In this document: piece after piece, positions 1 through 11,614 of the stretch
How the letters are laid out: each line of letters begins with the position of its first letter
Numbering within the stretch: position 1 is the first letter of the stretch
Assembly (NCBI RefSeq): GCF_037042905.1
Contig: NC_087245.1
Coordinates: forward strand, 8,496,001-8,560,000
From: Lytechinus pictus
Taxonomy: Eukaryota
Length of the DNA: 64,000 nucleotides
Reading direction: 5' to 3'
Position numbers and translations under genes: made by a program
Notes under the pieces: model-generated
The model's database searches: none
What the model was told of the DNA's origin: nothing
The model's input: the letters and a program-made list of their open reading frames with translations, nothing else

Positions 1-1
1 G

Positions 2-877
2 AGCAGATCAACGGATACCTTGATAACTGGCCTGGCATGTGCAGACTTCTTAACTTCGGTGTTCCTCGTACCTATCCCGATGCCAGCATACATTCCGAAA
101 AACTGGATAGGTGAGATCTATTGCAGAGTTATCATCACACAAAGCTTACTTTGGGCATCCATTATGGCTTCGACATACCTGTTGATGTCTATATCTGTTG
201 AAAGATATATCGCAGTTGTCTACCCTCTTCATTTTAAACGCTTGATCACTCGACGTCGTGTCTCAATTTTCATCGTCATCATTTGGTTCCTCTCTATCTT
301 GTCTGGACTATTCGCTTTCATCGTTTACGGTGTAGACGCCGAAACGAACCAGTGTGCCGAGCAATATACATTCGACAACGCACAAACTATAATTGCCTAC
401 TACTGGTTCTGCCTTCGTCTAGCTCTTCCTTGTTTTACCATGCTCGTTACCCAGGTCCTCATCGCTCGTAACCTCAGTCAACAATTCCGCATCTTCAAAG
501 ACGTTAACAACGCTACAAAAATGACGAATGGAAGCCAAGCGCCATCATTTCACATCGTGGCAAGAAACCGCGTTTTGAAGCTGATGTTGATTGTTATTGT
601 AATCTACATCGTGTGCTGGACACCAAACCAGATTGCATTTCTTGGTTACAACCTTGGATGGGTTCCGGAATCTTATTTGAACAGTACCCTTCATCGATTT
701 CTCACCTTGCTTGGATTCTATAACTCTTGTGCTAATCCAGTCATTTACACAGCAAGGTATCCTGAATTCAGGAATGCTCTCAAAGACATTTTCACCTGCA
801 CTTCTGACAAAAACGATCCTTTGTTTGAAAAGATGTCGAAAAGCACTGCGAATACAAATTCTGACTTGGAAGTTTGA
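2..877 (+). CDS. Class A (rhodopsin-like) GPCR, peptide-receptor-like (galanin/allatostatin-receptor-like group); 5'-truncated by the window edge, no intron in the visible part
   Basis: Frame open from base 2 to TGA at 875-877; TM2 LACAD, TM3 SVERY, TM6 CWTP, TM7 NSCANPVIY and helix-8 EFR motifs. Confidence 0.9.
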   Translation, partial: SRSTDTLITGLACADFLTSVFLVPIPMPAYIPKNWIGEIYCRVIITQSLLWASIMASTYLLMSISVERYIAVVYPLHFKRLITRRRVSIFIVIIWFLSILSGLFAFIVYGVDAETNQCAEQYTFDNAQTIIAYYWFCLRLALPCFTMLVTQVLIARNLSQQFRIFKDVNNATKMTNGSQAPSFHIVARNRVLKLMLIVIVIYIVCWTPNQIAFLGYNLGWVPESYLNSTLHRFLTLLGFYNSCANPVIYTARYPEFRNALKDIFTCTSDKNDPLFEKMSKSTANTNSDLEV

Positions 878-1821
878 CGATATAGTGTGCCGTAGATGGG
901 AAAAGTACATTAGGGCTTTTTTAATGGCCTCCACAGCATCTACTACTTTAAGAGAGATGAGTAGGAGGATCTATGATTTATGTTTTATAAATCGTGTATT
1001 CGACAAAAGGCTTATCAAGTCTTACTTCACTATCAGTTGGAAAATGAAAACACTGAGATAATAATTGGTTTGTGACTTTTTGAGAGATGTTTAATCAAAA
1101 TCTCATAAATCAAATACAATGTACAAACATTCAACAAGTCGCTAACATTCTTCATGACACTGTTTTTATGAAGAAGAATTGTGACATATATTTTTAAACA
1201 TAAATGATTTGGGGAATAAGAAGTACGACAAATTCACTTTCTTAGACATTGATTAGTCATGTTTTCAATTATTTTTTTTTACATTTAATTTTATTTTAAT
1301 CTGAATTTGAATGAAAAATATATCCTTTAAAATAGCAAAATGATTAGATAGGAGACAATGCAATATCTCTGATATTTTCAATTGTTTTATAATGTGATAA
1401 TTGCATTTTTTTATTGATGTCTCACTGCTGTCGCCTCGAGAGAACAATTGGCAAGTTTTAAAACATTTCATTCTCTATTTCATTCCTGTTAATAAATTTG
1501 ATACAATGTAAAGAAATGCAGAGCAGAAGAGGAATATCTGGCCATATTGACATTTTGTTTTGATAAACCTGACAAAAAGCATTTTTGTTATCTCTGTAAT
1601 CAGGGTTTGATCATTGAAAATGTTTTGTTGCATTGGACTATTCACATTTCTCCAATGTTGTTTATCCAGAGCGACATCAATGCCTCGTGCTAACTAGTTT
1701 GCATTGACTAAAGCTAATACAATGTAATATTCGTATCTACCTAAATCATAATTAGTATTACCTTTTAGTTTCTATACGTATATCATTAAGATAAACAGCA
1801 GCAGCTATATGATATCAATAT

Positions 1822-1879
1822 TGTAGTAGTAGAAGTAGCATTCAGTAGTAGTAACAGTAGTAGTATAGTAGTAGTAGTA

Positions 1880-1911
<32 letters not shown>

Positions 1912-2029
1912 TCAGTAGCAGCAGCAGTAGTAGTCAGGTAGTAGTAGTCACTCAGGTAGTAGTAGCAGCAACAGCAGTAGTAATAGTAAAAGTAGTAGTA
2001 GTAGTAGCAGCAGCAGCAGCAGTAGCAGT

Positions 2030-2061
<32 letters not shown>

Positions 2062-2144
2062 CAGTAGTAGTAGTAGTAGTAGTAGTAGTTGTAGTAGTAG
2101 TAGTAGTAGGAGTAGTAGGAGTATTAGTAGTATTAGTAGTAGTG

Positions 2145-2195
<51 letters not shown>
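1822..2195. repeat. (GTA)n/(GCA)n trinucleotide microsatellite
   Basis: Long compound gtagta/gcagca run; source of the spurious poly-L and poly-T ORFs. Confidence 0.97.
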
Positions 2196-2640
2196 TGTGG
2201 TGATGGTAGTTGTAGTCGATTTTGTGAAGATGAGCATGGACGCGCACAATTATTCTCATCTTGTAAACAATAACAATTCAATATAATTCACCGTTTAAAA
2301 AGACAACGGGAAGGTAATTTTTTTCTCCCGCTGGTAAAAAATAGTGATGATCGATGTACGTAGATGATCAACAGAGATCAAGCTCGAGATGTACACATTT
2401 TTATTGGAGTTTGGTCTCCCAAGGCATTTAAGATATCGATTAATCATATACTAATTTTTACTGTATTATCTCTATGAAAATTAAGCCATCAATGTTTTTA
2501 ATTGTATGAATTGTATCGTGCTGTATTGTTTTATTCCATTAATGACATCGATGATTAATTCAAATGTTAACAAGAATATTAAGTGGGTATACTTCATTGA
2601 GTATCACTGAAACCACATTTGAACTTGACATTGGGACAGT

Positions 2641-3448
2641 CAGGGGCGGCGGAACGTAATTTCGTGGGGGGGGGGGCAATTAAAGCAAAAAAGCGCTTAT
2701 AATATGTCGAAATGGGCATGATGTTGAAAACGGATATTTTCACCATTATAATTATTATCATCTGCGTGAACTAGTTTTGTTTTTATTTATTTTTGAAGTG
2801 ATTTCTGATTGATAAGATATATTATTAGGGTTTATTTTATCCGTGAGTGAGCGTAGTGAGCGAGCGGTTTGGAAAAATTCAAATATGAAGTTGTGAAACT
2901 CGGTTTTTGGTCAATTGTGGCGTTAATTACTTAAAAGGGCATTCTTGTGAGATGTTGTGAGCGCGAATCGCGAGCTCAAAGTTTTGGACATTTCATGTAA
3001 TAAGACATGAAAATTAAACATTCCGAGCATTTTTTTTAATCATGAAGGAGATGCTCGAGCGCGAGCTGAAATTTTTGATATACTGACCAGAAAGTGAATC
3101 AGATAAGGACTGCATTTAGTAACTGATTAATAGAATACATATCTCACGAATAATGCGAGCGCGAAGCGCGAGCTGAAAACTGGAAATTCTAAGCACTTTT
3201 TGTAACAAAGAACAGAATGAGTACCGTACTAAAGAATAAGTGATGAGAACGCGAAACGCGAGCCAAAATTGTCGTGATTTTCTAACCTTAAATGTATTGT
3301 TTAACTTCAATAAAAGTATTTCATTGTGATAAAAGGCACGGTTCATTTTTTAAAAAGGGCACTTTTCGTTTTGAAAAACATGCATTTTTCCCTACATAGA
3401 ATAGGGGGGGGGGTAGGTTTCAAGTGCCCCTCGGCTCCGCCGCCCCTG
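2641..3448. mobile_element. Non-autonomous DNA transposon/MITE, probably hAT-type
   Basis: TIRs CAGGGGCGGCGGA...TCCGCCGCCCCTG; degenerate 8-bp flanks GGGACAGT/AGGAGAGT; internal GCGCGAAGCGCGAGC repeats. Confidence 0.7.
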
Positions 3449-3862
3449 AGGAGAGTAGTCACATTTTATATTATGGTGGTGAATGATGATGGTGATGATG
3501 ATGTTGATGGTGGTGGTGGTGGTGATAAGATTACGATGATGGGCAGTTATTTTAATAAAATGCGATGATTGTGGCGATGGTTATATGATGATGGTAATGA
3601 AGACAAACATAATGACGATGACGGTGGAGGTGGCGGTGTGATGAATTAGAATTTACTTAAATTATCTTAAAGACGCCATATGTGCAAAAAATGATAGGTT
3701 TGTGAACGGAGTATTCGTCTACATTTGTTCTTTGTTTTTCTTTACTATAACAAATATAATTTATCATCTTTCAATCATTTCTTCTTTTTAATTACTTGTG
3801 AGGGAATAAAGAATATTCGCTAGTATTTTGTCTTACATCCTGTTCTTTTCTCTGACGCAATA

Positions 3863-4291
3863 TTACACTCTGGTGAATATCCATTGTTGCCACAATGCCC
3901 GACATACATCGGGATTTCTAAAATTGTTAAAAGTATGTGGCAAATTTGGCCAGTGGGTGTCTGTTGCTTTGAGAGTGAATCCAAGCCTCCCAATCTCTAG
4001 GAACATCTTTGAGCGACTAAACCCCTCAGGTGTATGTGTTTGATCGTGATACGCAGTTTCAAGAAACTCCAATCGCATGGAATCTTTTTCGATGTCTCCT
4101 TGAGGAGCAGTTGATAGTCCTTCAAGTTCTTTAATCAATATGCTTTCGAGACAAGATACATTCCTGAGGGTCTCTTTTAAACCGTATATTTTCCATCTCT
4201 GAAACTCATTTACTTTGCTCCCTTCCTGCTTCCAAACAAGTTGACTCCATTGATTTTCATCTTGGAACGATCTAACCTGAATTTCGATTAC
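3863..4291 (-). CDS. KCTD-family BTB/POZ protein, coding exon 3 (last)
   Basis: Acceptor ttttaag|GTA at 4291; open frame VIEIQVRSFQDENQW...QQWIFTRV* joins exon 2 in phase 0. Confidence 0.75.
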   Translation of the reverse strand, partial: VIEIQVRSFQDENQWSQLVWKQEGSKVNEFQRWKIYGLKETLRNVSCLESILIKELEGLSTAPQGDIEKDSMRLEFLETAYHDQTHTPEGFSRSKMFLEIGRLGFTLKATDTHWPNLPHTFNNFRNPDVCRALWQQWIFTRV

Positions 4292-5184
4292 CTTAAAAAT
4301 GATGAAACGATAAGGTTAAAATTAACTTCAAACTATTCAAACAAAAATAAACAAAGGGTATACTAGCTTGTTTTCTCTACCTTTATTATAATCTTGATGA
4401 TATTGTCACAGCGAAAGGCCGAATATGACATGCATTATTTAGAACCCCAAAAGTTATCACTTTTAAAATTAATAATACATATACCACTAAGAAATTCAAA
4501 ACAAATACTAATTAAAGAAAAGGAAGCAAAGTTTTTGACTATTTGATTATTGGTAAACTAAAATAAGCATATCATATTTCACTTTGTTCAGAACTTTTTA
4601 GCAATATGTAGAGATATGAATTACATATATCGCACAATGTCAACATTGATTCCTTCGTAATCATATAACGTTTTAATTTATATATTTGTTTGTTTTGTTT
4701 TAAACACAATTAAAACACTCGCTGTTCTTCTGCCTGTCGGTTACAAAATCATACAATGATAATTATTGCAAGTATGATAGTACGAATACAAATCAAACTT
4801 CAATACACCTGATAAGATATTAACATATTGAAAAAAATATCAAATGTAAACCTGACAAAAAGCCAATCATAATATGAGAATAATCGGGGAGGTGGTGAAT
4901 CAGTAGACGTGTACTAAAAAGATTGAGCATCTACATAAATGTTAGCCTTTTTGCATAAGTTTGCGTTAGGATTTGAATGGTATAGAGATAAATTGTCTGT
5001 GATTGGGCGAAACTTGGGAGGACAGTAAATGTCACAGTATTAAAGCGTTTTTCTTTCGAAATTTGTAAACTGGAATAACAAGGTCTACTCTCAATTTTAC
5101 AGATTATACATTTACTATTATTATGTTTGATCTGAATATGCAACCCCTACACACACACACACATATATATATATATATGTGAGC

Positions 5185-5245
5185 TTTATTGTATCCCTGA
5201 AGAAGACGTATATTTAACGTCGAAAATTTGGAATTCAAAATAAAC
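5185..5245 (+). ncRNA. Minimal type I hammerhead ribozyme-like motif in a short segment between (TA)n tracts
   Basis: CTGAAGA at 5197-5203, stem II GACGT/ACGTC, GAAA at 5222-5225, palindromic AATT stem III, imperfect stem I TTTATT..TCC / GGA..AATAAA. Confidence 0.5.
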
Positions 5246-5371
5246 TGTTGGAACTAAGTACAATGCATTACCACTTTGCCTCATTAATATCATCTATGTC
5301 CAACACGCGGAATGTAATATCGTTATATATATACATATATATATATATATATTAAGAAATAAAAATTGTAC

Positions 5372-5519
5372 CTCGGGATCTGGCTTTCGCAGCAATTGTC
5401 GAAGGGCATCACACATCTGTTCTATTTGGTAAAATTCTGCTTCTAAGAGAAGCATATGAAGTTGTTTAAAATCTTCTGGAATACCCAGCGTTCGATTCCT
5501 TAAGAAGTTTAGAACGTAC
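5372..5519 (-). CDS. KCTD-family BTB/POZ protein, coding exon 2
   Basis: cag|G TAC...GAG|gta; encodes (R)YVLNFLRNRTLGIPEDFKQLHMLLLEAEFYQIEQMCDALRQLLRKPDPE, the second half of a T1-type BTB domain. The split Arg codon matches exon 1. Confidence 0.9.
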
Positions 5520-5830
5520 CTGTAAACATATGAGAATCATCAGTTCATAGTTCCACTCTGCGCATGATCAGAAGATTCTGCGCATGATCAGAGGAAGGTC
5601 ATTTGTACTAAAGTGATATGGTGGTTTAAAATTTAATGAGATAAGCACCATCTTTGATGTCTTGATTATTCATATATTATTTTGAATTGTGTTCTTCATT
5701 TACATCCACAAAAAACAATGCGTCCACGAACGACTGGTTGTTCACAGTTTGCCAAGTACATTGTACAACATGCTATAATATGCATTCAAAGTATAGAAAT
5801 GCAACAAATACCTTAATAGAGTGTTCAATG

Positions 5831-7439
5831 CAGTGGCGTAACAGGCGGGGGGCAGGGGGGGCAAGCTGCCCCCCCTGGCGGATTTTACCGGGAAAATTAA
5901 AAAAAAACGGGAAAAAGAAAAAAAGGAGGGAGAAAGAAAGGGAAAGGGGAGGAAAGGGAAAAGGGAAAGGAGGAAAAGGAAAGGGAAAAGTGAAAAGAAA
6001 AAGATTTTTTTACTGGAAAAGGAAAAAAAGCGGAAAAGGGAACGAAAGAAGAACATTTGAGAAAGAAAAATAATTCTAAAATAGGCCTATGTAATGCAAT
6101 AGCATGATGGGAAATAAATTAAAAGATGACAAAATGGCAAACAATAGCGGGAAACGAAGGTAGAATGGAATAAGTCAAAAGCTGAATTAGAAAACAAAGA
6201 AAAGCGACAAGAAAAAAAATAATAACACGACCGGGCTGCCGAGGATTGAAAATAAAGAGCGGGAAGAAAAATGGAGTGCATACAACATTGTGCTATAAGA
6301 TTGCTAAATTTTATGCAAATAAGCTAACGGGGATTTGCCCCGGACCCCACGAAGTAGGGGCTCTTCATCTATAACCATCAAATGGCTCTATAACGCCCCC
6401 GTTTAATCACGTTCAATCACTAGCGTACAGGCAGGGGGGGGGGGTCTTGGTTCCACACCTAAGAGGAAATAGAAGAAATTATATGCTCTCTCAAATATAT
6501 TTGGTTCATTACGTAACTGGGTTGAATAAATGTGTTGTGTAAAAGCTATATATTCTGTAGGCCTATATACCCGCGATTTGATTGAAATAGCGGCAATCTG
6601 CGAGGTTTAAATGGCTTTGATATCAAGAAGTTCTGGGGGCTCCGCCCCGGACCCCAAACACACAGCACTGCCGTATATGAGAATGGAAGGGCTGGGCCAT
6701 GGGCCCCCAAAAGTTCTACAAACAAGAACAAAAAAGGAGGAAAGAAAAGCAAAGGAAAAGTGTAGGATATCATTTTATTTAGTGAATATAATTTCAAAAA
6801 TATCTCAAAATTAGATTCTCATGAAAAGGTGATTTTTTTCTAGCTCGCTTCGCAAGCTCGGGGCTTATATTAAGCAGCTTTTTAGCACATGTGTCATACT
6901 GCGCCCCTCGTTTTTTTTTACTCTTCACTCTACTGCCACAAAGAATCCTGCTCACAGTGGCGTACAGACCACAAAAAAAGGAATGGAAAGAGAAAAGAGT
7001 GAAATTAATTATTTTCTGGATATCATGTCAAAATCTATCACAAATTTGGATTTTGTATAAAAAAGGTCAAAATTTTTGCTCGCTCGCTTCGCTCGCTCGC
7101 AACTTTTTTTATTCAAGATAAATTCTGCCCGATACGCAATATCTGGCCCTCTCAAAATAGTCGCCTCATTACACCATTACGCCTATTCATACCTAGCCTC
7201 TTGTCGAGGCCCTGGCGGCTGCTTCCCGAGCGAAGCGAGGGATTCCCTAATTCGCAAAGCGAATTAGGCCTGGCGCGATCCTGTCTCGCGGCGCTCTGCT
7301 TCGCTCTCTCCCTTGCTTTGCCATGTTCGCTCGGAAAGCAGCCGACAGGGCCTCGACAAGAGGCTAGTTCATACCATGATATGACCGGGAAATTTTTGGC
7401 TCTTGCCCCCCCTGGCCACCGACCCCTGTTACGCCGCTG
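5831..7439. mobile_element. Non-autonomous hAT-type element
   Basis: TIRs CAGTGGCGTAACAGG...CCTGTTACGCCGCTG with perfect 8-bp TSD GTTCAATG (5823-5830, 7440-7447). Confidence 0.85.
7193..7367. mobile_element. 175-bp fold-back MITE nested in the hAT-type element
   Basis: ~42-bp TIRs CTAGCCTCTTGTCGAGGCCCTG...CAGGGCCTCGACAAGAGGCTAG; 7-bp TSD TTCATAC. Confidence 0.8.
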
Positions 7440-7687
7440 GTTCAATGGTGTGCTTGCTTTGAAATCTGCCTATATCAATGAAAGAAATGAAAGGTCATTT
7501 GACCAAAATTGTCCATGAAGTAACTACGAACTGGTCTATTATTGACTGTCTTGTGAATATTTTGTTACTGTTAAAGTCTTTGGCAACGTTAAAGGGAGTC
7601 AATGTTCCTTTGTGAAATGCATGAACTTTTTATACCCCGGTTTACAAGATACCCGAGGGGGGGTGTATATATATATCTATATATATA

Positions 7688-8103
7688 TATTGTAAAGAAA
7701 TGGATGAAGAGAACAAAGGTAGGCGTAGCTTAAATCAAGGTTCCCCAGAGCTATCTACCCTTTGGTAAAATTGGTGATGCCGAAAAAATGTCTCTGCCGG
7801 GAATCGAACCCGGGCCCCCAGCTTTGAACGCCGGTGCCTTAACCACTAGACCACAGAGACGGGTTAGTGGCTAGGGCGACCCCGATCCGATTGACCGTCA
7901 GATAGACAGATTTTCGACACCACACCAAGTATAATTTCCTTTGTCGGGTGAAGGTGGGTTTTGAACAATGACAAGCCGCCATGCTCTGGGGAACCTTGAT
8001 TTAAGCTACGCCTACCTTTGTTCTCTTCATCCATTTCTTTACAATATTTAAATAAAAAAGAGTTGCCAAAAGCTGTTGTACATGTATAACTTTACACATT
8101 TGT
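7688..8103 (-). mobile_element. tRNA(UCA)-containing retroposed repeat, single copy with an inverted segment, bounded by (TA)n
   Basis: 7688-7983 is the reverse complement of the 419-bp unit seen at 10855-11787; 7984-8103 is part of the same unit in forward orientation. Confidence 0.8.
7789..7860 (-). tRNA. 72-nt tRNA-like gene, anticodon UCA (opal-suppressor-like), body similar to tRNA-Glu
   Basis: Reverse complement identical to the copies at 11196 and 11615; followed by T6 on its own strand. Confidence 0.75.
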
Positions 8104-8126
8104 ATATATATATATATATATATATA

Positions 8127-8169
8127 TAGTTGCTGATGAACCCTCAGGGGGAAACAGTCTGTACAACTA
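8127..8169 (+). ncRNA. Minimal type I hammerhead ribozyme (Penelope-like-element type)
   Basis: Stem I TAGTTG/CAACTA, core CTGATGA (8133-8139), stem II CCC-TCA-GGG, GAAA (8151-8154), stem III CAG-T-CTG, cleavage triplet GTA ending at 8163. Confidence 0.75.
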
Positions 8170-8277
8170 AAATCTAAGCAACTCGCTCCACCCTATTACT
8201 ATACTACATGAAGCTCCTATATGTACATGTAGTTGAGCACTTTTCAGTAACTGCAGTTTCGTATAGTCATTATATAA

Positions 8278-8345
<68 letters not shown>

Positions 8346-9181
8346 TTGGGGCCAGAAGTTTACATACACCTGGTGAAAAAAATATTTATATCATTTTTTC
8401 ATAATTTTTTGTCACTCAAACAATTTTATTGCTAATTAGATCAGAAGAATTGTCCAAATACTTTATGCCCATTGTGTATATTTCATATAAAATACTCAGA
8501 TAAATATAACATGGTTTGTAATATCTATATTTCTGAAAAATCAATCGGTCAAAAGTTTACATACAGTTCACTGTTGTAGTTGTAAAATGCTTTTAAAAAG
8601 AGGTGCCATGGCTTTCAGGTGGACTTGGTTTCCTTTTAATGACTTGAGGAACGTGATAATGCTATAATGTCATTTGAATAATGACTGCAGCATTATGCAT
8701 ACCTTTTCCTGGGACCTTTGAAGCATGATTCACATTCCATCCTTGCCATGCAAAGCTAGAATTTGACCCGATGAATAGGTTTTTGTCTTTTGAATAGACT
8801 AAGGGTAAAGAATGTTGACCAGAAGTTCCTGCAGTGATTCAGTTTTGGTATCTATAAATGCTTCCACCAATACCGTACGTGTTGATCAGTACTGCAACAT
8901 TAGCACCAAGGGGAAGTCAAAGCAATATACCGAAGACCTTAGGCAACGTGTTGTTGATTTACACAAGTCCGGTTCCTCTTTAGAAGTCATATCAAAGACT
9001 CTAATCATACCTCGTGCTTCTGTGCAAACCATAATACGCAAGCATAACACTTTCGGGACAGTGCAGACTCTACCAAGATCAGGGAGAAATCGAAAACTGA
9101 ACCTAGACAGCAGTACGCAGACTTGTCCGTACAGTTTAGCTTAACCCACGGATGACAAAAAAGAGATTTGCCAGGATCTGG

Positions 9182-10851
9182 AGGCTTCAGGAAGCAAGGT
9201 ATCCCCCTCTACCATCAAGTGGGTCCTCCATGATCATGGACTGAGAGGCTGCAGAGCGAGAAAGAAGCCTCTACTCCAGGACCGACACCGTAAAGCCAGA
9301 ATGAAGTATGCTAATGAAAACTTCTGGCAAAACGTACTTTGGTCAGATGAAACCAAGATTGAGCTCTTTTGGGCATAACGACCAACGGTATGTGTGGCGT
9401 AAACAAGGAGAAGCTTTCAATCCCAACAATACAGTGCCGACTGTAAAACATGGCGGTGGCAGCAGTGTTGTGGGGATGCTTTGCAGCAAGTGGTACTGGT
9501 TCACTCCAGAAGATTGACGGCACCATGAAGAAAGAGGACTACCTGAAAATTCTTCAGCTAAATCTGAAAACGTCCGCTAAGAACCTCAATCTTAGTAAGA
9601 ATTTGGTCTTCCAACATGACAATGACCCGAAGCAGTCATCAAAAGTTGTATCGGAGTGGCTGAAGAAGACCAAAGTGAGCCGGTGATGGAGTGGCCGTCA
9701 CAGAGTCCAGACCTGAACCCTATTGAGAACCTATGGACAAAGGCTTCAGGAAGCAAGGTATCCCCCTCTACCATCAAGTGGGTCCTCCATGATCATGGAC
9801 TGAGAGGCTGCAGAGCGAGGAAGAAGCCTCTACTCCAGGACCGACACCGTAAAGCCAGAATGAAGTATGCTAATGAAAACTTCTGGCAAAACGTACTTTG
9901 GTCAGATGAAACCAAGATTGAGCTCTTTTGGGCATAACGACCAACGGTATGTGTGGCGTAAACAAGGAGAAGCTTTCAATCCCAACAATACAGTGCCGAC
10001 TGTAAAACATGGCGGTGGCAGCAGTGTTGTGGGGATGCTTTGCAGCAAGTGGTACTGGTTCACTCCAGAAGATTGACGGCACCATGAAGAAAGAGGACTA
10101 CCTGAAAATTCTTCAGCTAAATCTGAAAACGTCCGCTAAGAACCTCAATCTTAGTAAGAATTTGGTCTTCCAACATGACAATGACCCGAAGCAGTCATCA
10201 AAAGTTGTATCGGAGTGGCTGAAGAAGACCAAAGTGAGCCGGTGATGGAGTGGCCGTCACAGAGTCCAGACCTGAACCCTATTGAGAACCTATGGACAAA
10301 GGCTTCAGGAAGCAAGGTATCCCCCTCTACCATCAAGTGGGTCCTCCATGATCATGGACTGAGAGGCTGCAGAGCGAGGAAGAAGCCTCTACTCCAGGAC
10401 CGACACCGTAAAGCCAGAATGAAGTATGCTAATGAAAACTTCTGGCAAAACGTACTTTGGTCAGATGAAACCAAGATTGAGCTCTTTTGGGCATAACGAC
10501 CAACGGTATGTGTGGCGTAAACAAGGAGAAGCTTTCAATCCCAACAATACAGTGCCGACTGTAAAACATGGCGGTGGCAGCAGTGTTGTGGGGATGCTTT
10601 GCAGCAAGTGGTACTGGTTCACTCCAGAAGATTGACGGCACCATGAAGAAAGAGGACTACCTGAAAATTCTTCAGCTAAATCTGAAAACGTCCGCTAAGA
10701 ACCTCAATCTTAGTAAGAATTTGGTCTTCCAACATGACAATGACCCGAAGCAGTCATCAAAAGTTGTATCGGAGTGGCTGAAGAAGACCAAAGTGAGCCG
10801 GTGATGGAGTGGCCGTCACAGAGTCCAGACCTGAACCCTATTGAGAACCTA
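9182..10851 (+). repeat. Three near-identical tandem copies of a 559-bp segment of the Tc1 transposase
   Basis: Units start AGGCTTCAGGAAGC at 9182, 9741 and 10300; the ORF track repeats with period 559. Confidence 0.95.
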
Positions 10852-11195
10852 AGTAGACATTTTTTCGGCATCACCAATTTTTCCAAAGGGTAGATAGCTC
10901 TGGGGAACTTTGATTTAAGCTACGCCTACCTTTGTTCTCTTCATCCATTTCTTTACAATATTTAAATAAAAAAGAGTTGCCAAAAGCTGTTGTACATGTA
11001 TAACTTTACACATTTGTATTTCTTCTCCCATACGTGTACTGTATCGAAGCAATAGCTTTGATCCAGCTGAGGCATGGCGGCTTGTCATTGTTCAAAACCC
11101 ATCTTCACCCGACAAAGGAAATTATAATTGGCATGGTGTCGAAAATCTGCCTATCTGACGGTCAATCGGATCGGGGTCGCCCTAGCCACTAACCC

Positions 11196-11267
11196 GTCTC
11201 TGTGGTCTAGTGGTTAAGGCACCGGCGTTCAAAGCTGGGGGCCCGGGTTCGATTCCCGGCAGAGACA
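11196..11267 (+). tRNA. 72-nt tRNA-like gene, anticodon UCA (11229-11231)
   Basis: Acceptor GTCTCTG/CAGAGAC+A, D arm GTCT/AGGC, anticodon arm CCGGC-GTTCAAA-GCTGG, T arm CCGGG-TTCGATT-CCCGG; A and B boxes intact; TTTTTT at 11268-11273. Confidence 0.75.
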
Positions 11268-11614
11268 TTTTTTCGGCATCACCAATTTTTCCAAAGGGTA
11301 GATAGCTCTGGGAGTCTGGGGAACTTTGATTTAAGCTACGCCTACCTTTGTTTCGATCTTCATCCATTTCTTTACAATATTTAAATAAAAAAGAGTTGCC
11401 AAAAGCTGTTGTACATGTATAACTTTACACATTTTTATTTCTTCTCCCATACGTGTACTGTATCGAAGCAATAGCTTTGATCCAGCTGAGGCATGGCGGC
11501 TTGTCATTGTTCAAAACCCACCTTCACCCGACAAAGGAAATTATAATTGGCATGGTGTCGAAAATCTGCCTATCTGACGGTCAATCGGATCGGGGTCGCC
11601 CTAGCCACTAACCC

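Noticed and set aside
1948..2281. Poly-Leu and poly-Thr ORFs
   Set aside because: Translations of a trinucleotide microsatellite.
5687..6073. Lys/Gly-rich ORFs and their Phe-rich antisense partners (also 18922-19280, 55595-56107)
   Set aside because: They arise from purine-rich low-complexity tracts in MITEs or introns; no domain signal.
11030..11072. Possible hammerhead on the minus strand of the tRNA unit (CTGGATCA-AAGC-TATT-GCTT-CGATAC)
   Set aside because: A hairpin is present, but both core motifs deviate from CUGANGA and GAAA, so it cannot be supported.
11196..11267. Selenocysteine tRNA call for the UCA-anticodon tRNA
   Set aside because: Only 72 nt, with a 4-nt variable loop and a 7/5 acceptor-T fold; it lacks the long extra arm and 9/4 fold of eukaryotic tRNA-Sec.
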